64,000 nt of DNA from Heptranchias perlo (Eukaryota): the NCBI RefSeq assembly GCF_035084215.1, contig NC_090333.1:17360001-17424000 (forward strand), written 5' to 3'. Below, piece by piece: positions 11,989 through 24,429 of this stretch. A model generated the notes under the pieces. It was not told the DNA's origin. It searched no databases and saw nothing but the letters and a program-made list of their open reading frames with translations. The first letter of the stretch is position 1, and each line of letters opens with the position of its first letter. A program made the position numbers and the translations under genes.

Positions 11989-14750
11989 CATAACCTCTAA
12001 ATTGTGTACATAGGGGTGTAAATATGATCTGGATTCTTTTGTCACAAGGTCCTGACTTTTTCTGTAGCTTAATAACCAGGTCTTATTGAGTCACTATTGG
12101 ATGCAGCAGTATATAATAAACTTACATACTTAACTTTTTTTTGTTATAAAATTGCCATTTGGGGTCCTTTTTTGTAAAGGGTTTTTGTTTAACAGGACGA
12201 CCATTAGGTATGTGTGTCAGCATTTGCTTTATATCTTGAAATGTGGGACTCGGGTTTTCCATATAGAAAAATCTTGTAAATAATTGGTTTATATGCCTAA
12301 AACTAGAAGGCAAACTTTACATTTTCATAATGTAAAATGTTAGTAAACTAAAATCACTTGATTACTACTTTCAAGAACTATACTCATCTTAATAGATCTT
12401 TTTTAAAAACTTCTAAAATTAGGCAGTGATGGAGGTAACTTACAAATCCCCAGGATGTTGGCAATTTCTTACAACTGTTTATTGTACAAACTCTTGTTTT
12501 GGAATCCAAGACAGCTATGGCAATTTGTGCTGATTTTTTTTAACCTTGATTTTTAAATACAGATGTTGGTGTCCATGGGACCAGGATCTAAACTAATTTC
12601 TTTAACTCCCTTTTTGACAAAATAAACTACAGGATACTTGGCAACTTTCTCCTGGCTGTAAAATGTGAATTTGTTAGTGCAATGTGGGAATGTTCTTTTC
12701 ATCATACCTGCTGTGGTAGTAATTTTGGTATATTGAGCTGAATTGACATAAAATAAACTCTTAAAAATACGTGAAGTGCATCCCAGAAAAATTAGCTTCA
12801 CTGGAAAATCTCAATAGTTTTGACTTGTGAAAAACTTTATTTGAGAGACCTTTCTTTAAATGATACTGGCAGCAAATTCAGAGAGCTGGTCAAAATTTTA
12901 TGTCACCTTATCCTTTTTTGACATGTACCAAAATTAATTTCAGAAACTGGATGGAAATTTTAGAAGATGGCCCTTTCAACTGGGGCTTAACTTTAAATCC
13001 AGTTTAGATAGGTGCTATGAAAGTCGTCTTTCCTGTGGCTGTGCAGAATCCACTGAAGTTTGATTTAGAAACCTCCAGCCTCCCCTTAAACGGGATCTAA
13101 CCGGCAGAAATGTAGGCATAGAACCTTATGGAAAGCATTATTGGGGATGTTCTTTGAAATTTCATGGTCTAGCCCCACGATCAGACCAATGTGGGAAAAG
13201 TTGAACTGTAAAATTACCTGACCTGGAAGTGCTTGATGTCCATGTGTGCAGTTAGAAAAACTTTCCCATGTTCCCTGTACTAATTGTTCCTAATTTTGAA
13301 AGGCACATTCTCCCACCTGCATACCAATGCACAAAAGCTAATTTTTCAGCTTTTAAACCCTAATAGGTAGGTTGCTGTTTAGACTTAAATGTGTAAGAGT
13401 AATTGGAGGGAGGCAGCAACATGTAATTAATCAATAAAAAGATCTATTAACAAAGCATTAAAACTGGTTTTGATCATTTTTACTAAATATCGCATTTTTA
13501 CAATAACATGGAAATCTTTTTATGCTGAGTGCCCTTGCTCATACTATGCTGTCATAAAAGAAAATAGTATCCTGCACTAAAAACTAATAGTTATATTGAA
13601 GGTACCTATTTTAAACTTAATCACAATGAAATACATCACCGTCATGGTTTGACTGCAGACATTTTTGTATTTTATCTTATTTCTATATTTTGAAAATAAG
13701 GGAGGAGGTCCATCTGTAAAATTATTCTAATTGTAGATGATTTCAGACATTTCAAATCCGTATAGAAAAGGCTCTTATTTGTATTTAATTTTTTTAAATG
13801 ATCAGCCCCATTCCCTTTTGTGTTGTCATATGGCACATAATTCCCAGGGTGAGCGGTGCAGTCAAGATACTTGTTTCAAGGCTTCTGTCAATCTTTAATC
13901 AATTAAGAAATGTGTGAGTATTGCAGGGTGACTTTCCCCAACTATTTTCCCTCCCAGTGGGGAAATGGTGCTCAGTGTCTCTTCCCAATGGCATTTCTGC
14001 ACCCCTACCAGAGGGGTGGAAAATCCAAGTTGCTGTACCAAATTAGAGAAGCGCCTGCTCCTGGTTACTGTGAAAATACCTGACAATATCATGGTAAACG
14101 TTTGTGCTGCGGGGAACTTTTCAGAAGAAATACAAATTCTGAAATAGAAAGTTAAAAGTGCATTTACTTGAGTTGTGAATTGTAGTGTTACCCAAGGTAT
14201 GGGACTTTTTTTTTCCAGTACAGTAATTGTCTTGTAATAAAGAACTCATATTCTTGAGCACGGGGTTCTACAGAACTGTCAACTTCAGATGATTTCCCTC
14301 AGCAAAAAACTTTTCGGTGAAGGAACTGGAAGTCTCTGCTACGAGGAGGTACTTCAACATACTCCCAGAACAGAAGTTTACTAACAAGCTGATGGGGTTT
14401 GAACCTACTGGAACATCATTTCCTATACAGTTTATAAATACAACCCTGGATCATGTATGTATCATACATGTTAGTTTACAATTATTTCGATTAGTAAATG
14501 AAAGGTGTTCTGGATCCTTGAACAAATTTATCAAATAATTTGGGGGGGAGGTGGAATTCTGTAAAGATTATAACTGAAAATGTAGATGTCGGTCCATTTT
14601 TCATTGCACTAACCGTTAGCATAAACTATAGTCTAAATTAAAAGATGTCAGTGAAAAGTGTATGAGGTGTAATTTATGTTATCTGTTTACTTTTGAGGAT
14701 TGCAGTTCTAACTACTTTTTATTAAATAATAAAACATTGATCCATAAAAG
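11989..14750 (+). other. BTBD8: Probable long BTBD8 3' UTR with several candidate poly(A) signals
   Basis: AT-rich and nearly TE-free; AATAAA at 12752, 13433, 14236, 14728. True 3' end cannot be determined from sequence. Confidence 0.45.
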
Positions 14751-14833
14751 GAATGGTAATATTTCTAATTCCTTGCAACACACATTTGGCGCCAACCCTA
14801 AACTGGAGGAATAAAAAACGCGCGCGCATTCCG

Positions 14834-15175
14834 TGACGTCACAGAAGGAGCATGCTGTCGCGTTGCAGCAGGAGCGTGCCATGACGTCACAGAAGGAGTG
14901 TGCTATAAGCGTTGCAGCTGGAGCGTGCCATGACGTCACAGAAGGAGCGTGCTATAAGCGTTGCAGCTGGAGCGTGCCATGACGTCACAGAAGGAGCGTG
15001 CTATAAGCGTTGCAGCTGGAGCGTGCCATGACGTCACAGAAGGAGCGTGCTATAAGCGTTGCAGCTGGAGCGTGCCATGACGTCACAGAAGGAGCGTGCT
15101 ATAAGCGTTGCAGCTGGAGCGTGCCATGACGTCACAGAAGGAGCGTGCTATAAGCGTTGCAGCTGGAGCGTGCCA
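14834..15175 (+). repeat. 49-bp minisatellite, 7 units, at the SPO16 5' end
   Basis: Unit TGACGTCACAGAAGGAGCGTGCTATAAGCGTTGCAGCTGGAGCGTGCCA starting at 14834, 14882, 14931, 14980, 15029, 15078, 15127; units 3-7 identical, unit 2 has one substitution, unit 1 is 48 bp and diverged. Confidence 0.97.
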
Positions 15176-15219
15176 TGGCGACAGTTGGTGGGGCCGTGAT
15201 CGTCAGCGCCGCCCTTCAG
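15175..15219 (+). CDS. SPO16: SPO16 coding exon 1
   Basis: GCCATGG Kozak; MATVGGAVIVSAALQ resembles human TTIIISSSLK; donor CAG|GTGCGA, phase 0. Confidence 0.8.
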
Positions 15220-18200
15220 GTGCGAGGCGCCGGCACAGTCGTTGGACGGGGCAGGCGGTAGCCATCAGCCGACGGTCCCATTATTAATTAATTGCCCCCG
15301 TTGCTGCTGGCCAATTTCCCGTTGCTACAGGGAGCTTCAATATTTCCATAAAGATCTAACCGGCTCCTGACATGAGTCTGTCTGATGGAACAGTACTGCC
15401 TGTCTGACGGGCGAGGGTTTTAAGCTCTTACTGTGCTCGGGTCCTGGTGTTTCGGAATCTGCCACCTTTCCATTGCCGCGCGAATTGGCAGCAGTTGCTC
15501 GTGTGCAAGAATTTGTTCACAGTTTGCGTTTTGTAGCTGGGACATGGCGAAGGTCCACACAGGCTAAAATGTGGACAACGCGTGCATCAGAGCAGTGAGT
15601 CATAGAGTTATACAGCACGGATAGAGGCCCTTCGGCCCATCGTGTCCGCGCGGGCCATCAAGCCCAGTCTAATCTAATCCCATATTCCAGCATTTGGTCC
15701 GTAGCCTTGTATGCTATGGCATTTCAAGTGCTCATCCAAATGCTTCTTGAATGTTGTGAGGGTTCCTGCCTCCACAACCCTCTCAGGCAGTGAGTTCCAG
15801 ACTCCAACCACCCTCTGGGTGAAAAAGTTCTTTCTCAAATCCCCTCTAAACCTCCCGCCTTTTACCTTGAATCTATGTCCCCTTGTTATAGAACCCTCAA
15901 CAAAGGGAAAAAGCTCCTTAGTATCCATCCTATCTGTGCCCCTCATAATTTTGTACACCTCAATCATGTCCCCCCTCAGCCTCCTCTGCTCCAAAGAAAA
16001 CAGACCCAATCTTCCCAGTCTCTCTTCATAGCTGAAGCGCTCCAGCCCTGGTAACATCCTGGTGAATCTCCTCTGCACCCTCTCCAAAGCGATCACATCC
16101 TTCCTGTAGTGTGGCGACCAGAACTGCACACAGTACTCCAGCTGTGGCCTAACCAGTGTTTTATACAGCTCCATCATAACCTCCTTGCTCTTATGTTCTA
16201 TGCCTCGGCTAATAAAGGCAAGTATCCCATATGCCTTCTTTACCACCTTATCTACCTGTTCCGCCGCCTTCAGGGATCTGTGAACTTGCACACCAAGATC
16301 CCTCTGACCCTCTGTCTTGCCTAGGGTCCTCCCATTCATTGTGTATTCCCTTGCCTTGTTAGTCCCTCCAAAGTGCATCACCTCGCACTTTTCCGGGTTA
16401 AATTCCATTTGCCACTGTTCCGCCCATCTGACCAACCCATCTATATCGTCCTGCAGACTGAGGCTATCCTCCTCGCTATTTACCACCCTACCAATTTTTG
16501 TATCATCAGCGAACTTACTGATCATACTTTTTACATTCATATCCAAGTCATTAATGTAGACCACAAACAGCAAGGGACCCAGCACCGATCCCTGTGGTAC
16601 CCCACTGGCCACAGGCTTCCAGTCACAAAAACAACCTTCGACCATCACCCTCTGCCTTCTGCCACTAAGCCAGTTTTGTATCCAAAGTGCCAAGGCACCC
16701 TGGATTCCATGGGCTCGTACCTTCTTGACCAGTCTCCTGTGGGGGACTTTATCAAAGGCCTTACTGAAATCCATGTATACCACATCCACTGCGTTACCCT
16801 CATCCACACGCCTAGTCACCCCCTCAAAAAATTCAATCAAATTAGTCAGACATGATCTTCCCTTGACAAAGCCATGTTGACTATCCCTGATTAATCCTTG
16901 CTTCTCCAAGTGGAGACTAATTTTGTCCTTCAGAATTTTTTCCAATAATTTTCCTACCTTGGCCTCACATTACAGCATTGTGGGGGCCACTGTCGTCCAC
17001 AGCTCTACAATAAGACTGGGCCAACCCTCCAGGATTGGCCTGGAGCCTCCAGCAATTAGAGGTTCATCCCCAGGACGCTGCTGCGAGCAACCCAGGGGAA
17101 AAAAAATCATAGGGGCATTTTAAAAAAATGTTTTTTTTTTTTGAACGTTAGTTATAAAAATATCAGGGATGGGGAAAAAAGACTGTTTAACTGACAGTCA
17201 AGTTAAGCTTTTACAGGGTGTTCTAGTTCCGTTTTTTCAGCCGTGCTTATGAGAGAATTGGAATTATTCAACAAGGCAAAGCTACCTTTTTCTAGTTTCC
17301 TGTAATGTAACAGATATTTTGAATGAACCATTTTATTCCTTTCCACATGGTCCTCAGTTTTGAAGTGTATCTTTCAGCATAAAATGGAATGATGTACAAA
17401 TTTAATACAGATCTGCACAACAATGTATTTTTGGTATACTCAGTCATGTAGTTTTCTGCACAGTTTTAGTTTATTGCACAATGCTAATCGAATAATTTTG
17501 TACAGATGTCTGAAATTATTTTGCACTATTATAACAGCAAACTTAAAAATATTGTTAAAATTTAAATTTGGAGTGTTCATTCATATTTAGTTATTCCACC
17601 AGAGAATAGGTGAATTATTTTGTTTTTCACTCCTTACAGTATTCAGTATTTTGCTTTTCACTTTTTTTCCAGCGTCATGAAGCCATTTCTTCTTTGTCCA
17701 GTCAGCATCAGCGAATTAGGTTCTCTGACTCTGTGGTAACTGGATCAATCATTTTCCCACTTTCTGGTACAATTAATTAAACTGTAGTAGTTTATTGTAT
17801 AATAGTTCTGGTTCTACAACAAATATGTTGGCAGTTCCTGTTAGAAAATACAACATCCACACACCATTGTGGTGTAGCATTCATTACATGGTGTGATAGT
17901 CTCACAATTAGATCTATTTTTTCCCTATCGCTATGATTTTGCCATTTTCATCCGCTTTACAAGAATAGTATCATATGCACAGCTTCCTGCAATTATCTGA
18001 AATGGCAGGAGTGTCTTTAATTACCCAAGTACAGATTGTGGTACAGTTCATTCTATCGTTCCTGCAGACCATACTATTAGTCGTAAATTTTAATCCCTAA
18101 TGCATATGGATAAAAATGGCATTTGTTAATGTCCTGATTAAAAATATCAATTATTGGCTGCACTCTAATATTCAAAATAATGTACAAGTGCAAAATAAAA

Positions 18201-21200
18201 TATCTGTAAATAAAAGATTAATGGAGCTGAGTAGGTGCCTGTTGACTTTTATCACATGGTAGCTAGTGTGGAGGGTTTTTCAACCGGTATGTATGATGCA
18301 TGAAATAGAAAATCTGCAGTCCACCTTGGAGTGTTGCAACTCAAAAAGGACATCTGCAGTGGAGCCTCCCTTTGAGTTCATGTATGAGCCACTATTGTGT
18401 AGGGCTGCATACATCTAATTGATTAACACCCTGGATTTAGGGAAATCCTGCTCTTTGGAGCAATTTTCTGCTGTTGTCTTTTACCCATAATGAATGTGAT
18501 GTAATTGCTTTCTCTTGCAAACAACATATCAGTCACCTGCTGAGTGCATCTGTGCATTGCAGACTGACCAGTATTACTAATGTTCCCACTGCCAGCCTGG
18601 AAAGAGCCCAAGACAAAAAGATTCAGGGCTGCAATGACCTTCATAGTCACTGGCAGGATCATGCCTGCCCTGGAATGTCTAGAGGTTATCTTGAAGCAGG
18701 TGGGACAAGTCTGTCACCACCTCCCTGCTGAATTTCAGTCTCTGCATGTATTTCTCCTTCAGTCAAATCCAAATAATTGCACTGTGGCTGATGGGTACGA
18801 TCGGCAGGGTGGGAACTCTCCAGCAATATAGCTATGCTTCTCATCCTTTTGTTCTTCCTCTAAATAACACACATACATGGGGGTTTTCAAAGTGATCCCT
18901 ATTCTGTGAAGGAGTGCAATGGAAGAAGCAAAACGTAACCCCAAAGAAGACCCACAAAGTTCACCAGAATTGCAAGAAAAGCAGACTGTCACTCCTAACT
19001 TGCTGAAATGTAATTTAAATATCACTTGCTGGTTGCTGGCTGCCACTTTAACCAACAGATAAACGGGTTACCTAACAACTGAGTGCCAATTTTATGGCAT
19101 CATTAAGAACCAATGTGGTGCTATGGCTAAAAAACCCAGCATAATTACATTGTTGTTACTGCATCATTTTATAATGATGTTCCCTATACCTGCCTGCCAG
19201 AAATGCACAAAATGGGTGGACAGCTGGCGTCATAGGTCTCCACTCCCCATGAACTGGCACACACCAAATGTAATGGACCCAAATCCTGGCCTCAATCTAT
19301 TTTATTCTGAGAAACTGTCCAGTCAGAAGAGCAGGAGGGATATGCTATAACCTCCCGTTAAATACTGGGAAGATGAAAGTCATCTGTACCCTTGCCTCTG
19401 AATCCATCCCTGTCCCTATCCACTGTCTAATGCTGAACCAGACGGTACACAAACATGGTGTCCCACCTGAGAGATCCTGACCTGACCTTCTGACCCCATA
19501 TTCACCACAGACTGCTTTCTTCCACCTCTGTAACATTGTCTGCTTCTGTCCCTACCTCAGCCCACCTTCCACTGAAGCCTTCATTCCTGCCTTTCATATT
19601 TCCAGACCCGATTACTCCAATACTGTCCTGGCTGGCCTCTCATGTGCCACCTTCCATAAACTTCAGCTTATCCTAATCTGCTGCACATTATCTCTCCTGC
19701 AACAAGTCCCGTTCGCGCATCATAACTACCCTCACTGATCTGCATTGGCTTCTGGTCCCCCAAGGCCTCTGATTTAAAATTCTCATCATTGTGTCTAAGT
19801 CCCACCATGGCCTCACCCCTTCCCTATCTCTGTAACCTTCTCCAGTGCTATAAACCTTCCTTCCCCCACCCTCCAAAATCTGTTCCTCTGACTCTGGCCT
19901 CTTGTGCATCTCCTCCCTTTGTTCACCAACCCATTGGCAACCATGACTTCAACCACCTTGGTCCCACCCTCTGGAATTCCCTCCCTAAACCCTTCTGCCT
20001 CTCCATCTCTGTCTCCTCCTTTAAGACTCTCCTTAAAGCCCATCTTTTCGACCAAGTTTTTGGTCTCCGCTTCTTCTTTTGCTTGGCGTTTGTTTTTCCT
20101 CATGCCACTGTGAAATGCCTTAGGATATTTTTCTATGTTACAGGCGTTACATAAATGCAGATTAAGGAATGATCCATTATGTGTAGGAGGATTGATATGA
20201 AGAAATGGTGGGAAAATGCATGTGATATTTTTTCACCTTGATCCCTTTCTCCCAAAAATAATTGATGCGAGTGCCAGAACCAACTACATAGAAGTTACAA
20301 CACTGAAACATGCCAGTCACACAAGCAAATAGTGCTAATTACACTTAACCACCCTGTTCCCAAATCTCTTTTCCTTCATCCACCTATACAATCTAATCTT
20401 GAATGTTGACAGTTTATGCCTCAACCACTAACCCCGGAAGTGAATTCCACCACAAATCTCATGACAAAACATTCCAGTCTTTGTGGAACACAAGATTACA
20501 ACTGATGCTGTGTATAGTTATGAGAAACAACTGAAAAGGGCAGTCTTACTAATCACTTCCTTCTCTAGCCCCTTCTACCCCTGGCAAAGCACTCTTGGAC
20601 ATTCATTCATGTGGTAGGTGCTCTTTAAGTACAACTGTTAGGGAAGATCACATTTATTGTTGATGAAATCACAAATGGACAGCCACTCTTCCAATTTTTG
20701 GGTTGTAATGCTGACTATGGCATATTGTATATAACCAAATACAAAATAAATATTTAGAATCGTACATTTAAATGTCTCAGCTGATGTTACTTCCGTTTAA
20801 CAAGAAAATTAGGAATTCAGGCAAATAATCCATAAGCATTGTTCAATTATTATTCTTCTTCACAATGATCTACCAGGTTCTTGCAAAACATTTTCCATGA
20901 TTCACCATGACAATTTTTTTTCATTTTTGGAAACATTGGGGTTTTGTTATTAAGTAACTGTATTTGTATTTTCTCAGGTGTTGCCTTTATTATAATGGAG
21001 ATTCAAGATTTCTGTGACAATTCTGCAGAAACAAAGCTGATAGAGCGGATTGAGCAGTTTGTCCGTATTCATCGAAACAGTTTCCTGCTTTTGGCTGCAG
21101 CTCTCTATGGTCCCAAAGAATGGGATGTACTATTCAAAATTCAGCAAAGGTACTTGATGTGGAATAGAAAGGTATGGTGATAGGGTTAAAGGAGGCTCGT

Positions 21201-21847
21201 ATGGAGCATAAACGCTGCCATAGACAAGTTGGGCCGAATGGCCTGTTTCTGTGCTGTAGTTTCAATGTAACTCAGTGTAACCTGTTGCTGCAAGTAACTT
21301 ATTATTCTCTCTCTTTTATTTCACTTGGCTAACACCAAGGCAACCATAATTAGCTATAGCATTGCAGATTTTTTTTTCAGATTTCTAGGTAATAATCTGA
21401 AGATCATACCTGTACACAATGCTGGTGATATGGTCAAGAGTATGCTCACCATAGCCAAGGTAAGTGTACCTCTTAACATCTGAGATTTCATAACACTTTG
21501 AGTATTGCATGTTGATCTTACACATGAACTAATATAAGGCAGCTACAGTATAGTATTTTTACTCATGATGAATGTATTGTTAGCACATTGATTTAGTAAT
21601 ATTAAGAATGGCGTTTTAATTTCTATAAATATCTGCTAAATATTTACTGATGAGAATATCTACAGTAATGTTGGTCATTTTATGTTACATAAATAGTCAA
21701 TGATTCAAATACTCATTCCTTATGAAGGTTACATGTAAACCACATGTGGACAGCGTTCGTGATCGCATCGCCATGATCCGAGCTCAGATTATAGAACGTA
21801 GTCCGGTCTGGGAGATGCTTCACAAGCGGCAGCTAAATGATGCATAA
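15175..21847 (+). CDS. SPO16: SPO16 homolog / C1orf146 (SCRE), meiotic synaptonemal complex/crossover factor, 169 aa
   Basis: Exons 15175-15219, 17673-17766, 20978-21149, 21381-21459, 21728-21847 (510 nt). MATVGGAVIVSAALQ-RHEAISSLSSQHQRIRFSDSVVTGSIIFPLSG-VAFII...IHRNSFLLLAAALYGPKEW...IQQRFLGNNLKIIPVHN...TIAK-VTCKPHVD...IIERSPVWEML aligns with recalled human C1orf146; syntenic; AATAAA at 21988. Confidence 0.9.
15597..16957 (-). mobile_element. Young 5'-truncated CR1 LINE with uninterrupted RT C-terminal ORF in SPO16 intron 1
   Basis: ORF 15674-16945 (423 aa): [43 protein letters not shown]; CR1 3' tail near 15600. Confidence 0.93.
17673..17766 (+). CDS. SPO16: SPO16 coding exon 2
   Basis: TTTTCCAG acceptor; RIRFSDSVVTGSIIFPLSG. 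Confidence 0.9.
18300..19360 (-). mobile_element. Decayed PIF/Harbinger transposase relic
   Basis: ORF 18423-18662 LPVTMKVIAALNLFVLGSFQAGSGNISNTGQSAMHRCTQQVTDMLF resembles the Harbinger transposase HTH region and the copy at 43760-43900; boundaries approximate. Confidence 0.65.
19400..20160 (+). mobile_element. L2-type LINE 3' fragment
   Basis: PTLWNSLP...SFKTLLKAHLFDQ motif and ATAAATGCA tail. Confidence 0.75.
20978..21149 (+). CDS. SPO16: SPO16 coding exon 3
   Basis: VAFIIME...FVRIHRNSFLLLAAALYGPKEWDVLFKIQQR. Confidence 0.92.
21381..21459 (+). CDS. SPO16: SPO16 coding exon 4
   Basis: FLGNNLKIIPVHNAGDMVKSMLTIAK; AAG|GTAAGT donor. Confidence 0.92.
21728..21847 (+). CDS. SPO16: SPO16 last coding exon
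   Basis: VTCKPHVDSVRDRIAMIRAQIIERSPVWEMLHKRQLNDA*. Confidence 0.9.
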   Translation, partial: VTCKPHVDSVRDRIAMIRAQIIERSPVWEMLHKRQLNDA

Positions 21848-23989
21848 AGTAAACAACTATGAAGGTGTTAAAGATGCACAATACTTTGTGCTCCATAAAA
21901 CTATTTAGAACTATTTCCAGTGAAATAACTTTGGTTCATTTCATAAATATGTTTGTGACTAACATGCTGATTTGTTAGAAAGCTGGAAATAAAATTCATT
22001 TGTTGTAGCAATTTTTTTAATACTAATTCTCAAACACTGCTTCTTTTAGTGGTTCATAATACCCTCCCACCAGTTGAAACCTATTATCCATTTAAAAACT
22101 TAGTATACAGACGATAGTTTCTACATGTAAATAAATGAGAAAATTAACAACTTGTCAACCAGATTCAAAACATAGTGTAACTTTTTTAATAGATAACTTT
22201 TAATAGATGTTTTAGTAGAACAGTTAGTCATTTATCTGCATCCAGCACTATCCAAGATACAATATGTGGACAAATTTGTCACTGACCTGCATATAAGGTA
22301 CAATATTTAAAAGTTGGAAATATATGAATAATCCTTTCTCTGTCAGATGCTATTCAACCTTCTGTGCATTTCCAGATTTTCTATTGTTTGATCTAATTCT
22401 TCTAGCATTCGCTGCCTTTCTTTTAACTCTACCATGGTAGGAGACATGTTCTTTTTTCCTTCATGATTTCTTGGCCAACAAGTTCCCAATTTTAGCCCAG
22501 AGGAAAGAGCTCACATCCCTCACCTCTTAGTGACCAATGCTGCAGGCAGCTCAATGATGCGTTTATTATCGTGACAAACTACAGAGAAGAACGATAAGAC
22601 CAGTTCATCCCAGCAATTTTTCCCGTAAGTGAACTTTTATTTGAGCTATTAGGGAGGAGGAACTTTCCCATTAGAAAACAAGAAAATAAACCCTGTGGCA
22701 GTTTTCCACATCTTCTCGTCAGATCAAAGGCAACGTTGTTAAATGGCTGGCAGCTAACAATCTCCAAGTGGCACTTGGGCAGAGGTAATGAGATTTTTTT
22801 TGGTTGAAGATAGCACTCTATCTTTTTAAAGTAATTTTTTCTCCTTTTTCCAACTGGGTCTTCCCATGCAAGCTTAAGCGGGGCAGGCGGGCCATAGGCT
22901 TCCAAATCTTTCCTCATTGCTACTTTAGAAGGTGTATGAGAGGCATCCAAAAGTAACTTTTTTTTCTCTCCGATTCCAATTGTTTGGCTTCCACTCAGAA
23001 CTTCACCACAGCATGGCAAAGATCAGGAAATCAGCATTGTAGAATATTACTGGTATAAACCCATAGCCCACCAGTGCACAACCAGCTCACTACAGAACCA
23101 TTAGAAGCTTACCTGGTATATGAAGAACTAGGTAGTTGTGGTTTTTATGAACTGTAAGCCTGATGTCACTCATTGTATTCTGTTCACAATATGATTTACG
23201 AAAAACTTGCATGTATTAGGTGTACAACCTGTTGGTCCGTATTAACTGGCCAATTAAAATGCAATGTCTGAAACATGTAATAACTGAGTGATATTCTCAA
23301 GGAGTTCTGCTAGTTTTAGGATGACTTTCAGGTATTTAAATTTTCATTAAAAAAAATTCAGTTACCTAAATAATTGATATGAGTTTTATTTCAATTATAG
23401 AATATGATGTGTCACTTAATATAGTTTGAAGTAAATTCAACACAATAAGAAGAAAGATATTTTTCTCTCCTGTCTCTATCTTTCACAAACAGAATGAAAG
23501 TGCAGGGTGGGGTGGTGGGGTTAGCAAAAAATCGTTTAGATAGAGGGTGGTTAAAGATCATTGCTGAAGCAGAGTCCATAAATTCTTTCAAAGGGGAATT
23601 CAGTATTTCCTCTAAAAGAGCAGTATCAAACAATATGGGTAAGTGAGCAAGAGATTGGGATTAGATGAGGTGGCTCAGGTAGAAACACCTATGCAGACTT
23701 GATGAACCAAATGGCCTACTTCTGTGTTGGAACATTGTACAATTCTTCCCTGATCTCATTTATCTGATCCCAGGCCTCTACTGTCTTGAACCAGCTCTCC
23801 CTCATGAAGAGGCACATGGTCTCTACTGGATCACTCCTCAAATAATGGGAGTAGTATGAGGTAATTACAAGTACACCATTCACACATGCAAACCAACATC
23901 ACACCATTCTGGCATTATGGAACTACACTGCCTACCAAGAAGGATTGTCAAACAGTGGACTAGTGTTAGGTAATTACAGATACATATCA

Positions 23990-24034
23990 CAATGTGGTGC
24001 TACCCTACCATTTTGGTAGGGTAGCACCACATTG
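23990..24034. repeat. Perfect 21-bp inverted repeat (hairpin, 3-nt loop)
   Basis: CAATGTGGTGCTACCCTACCA-TTT-TGGTAGGGTAGCACCACATTG. Confidence 0.95.
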
Positions 24035-24429
24035 CTTACCTACCAAAAAGGATTTTAAAAAAGCTCAGTGTGGCTCTTTTGTTCACAATCATCATCGTGT
24101 ACCACTGATTCTTAACTACCTGCAAGTGTACTCTATCATTAGAAACTTAAAAAGGTAGCACAGTGAAGCACGAGTTCTTTTTAAACCTTAAATAAATCTG
24201 TATTCAACTAATACAACATCACCTCTTCTGGGTGGTCTCAATACAGAAGTTCAGTACAAGTGGTGCATTATAATGAAAATATTTGGAATTATCCTGCAAA
24301 AAAACCTATTTGAACAAGTAGAATTAAACAACAGTGTACAAAGTGAATCTCTCCAGTAAATACAGTACAGCTTGGATTAAAAGATCAGAAGTTATATTTA
24401 CATAATTCTCACACTGTTCCCTCATAAAA

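Larger units (their letters stand above)
14780..15590 (+). promoter_or_regulatory. CpG-island promoter region of SPO16 with 7 CRE (TGACGTCA) sites
   Basis: Sharp rise in CpG density around the first coding exon; perfect CRE palindrome in each repeat unit. Confidence 0.7.

Noticed and set aside
14834-15175. CRISPR-like array
   Set aside because: Units are head-to-tail with no unique spacers, no cas genes, vertebrate context; it is a minisatellite.
17010-17200. GCCAACCCTCCAGGATTGGCCTGG repeat (similar pieces ~49600, ~51150) as a defined hAT element
   Set aside because: Probably a repeat, but termini and TSD could not be established.
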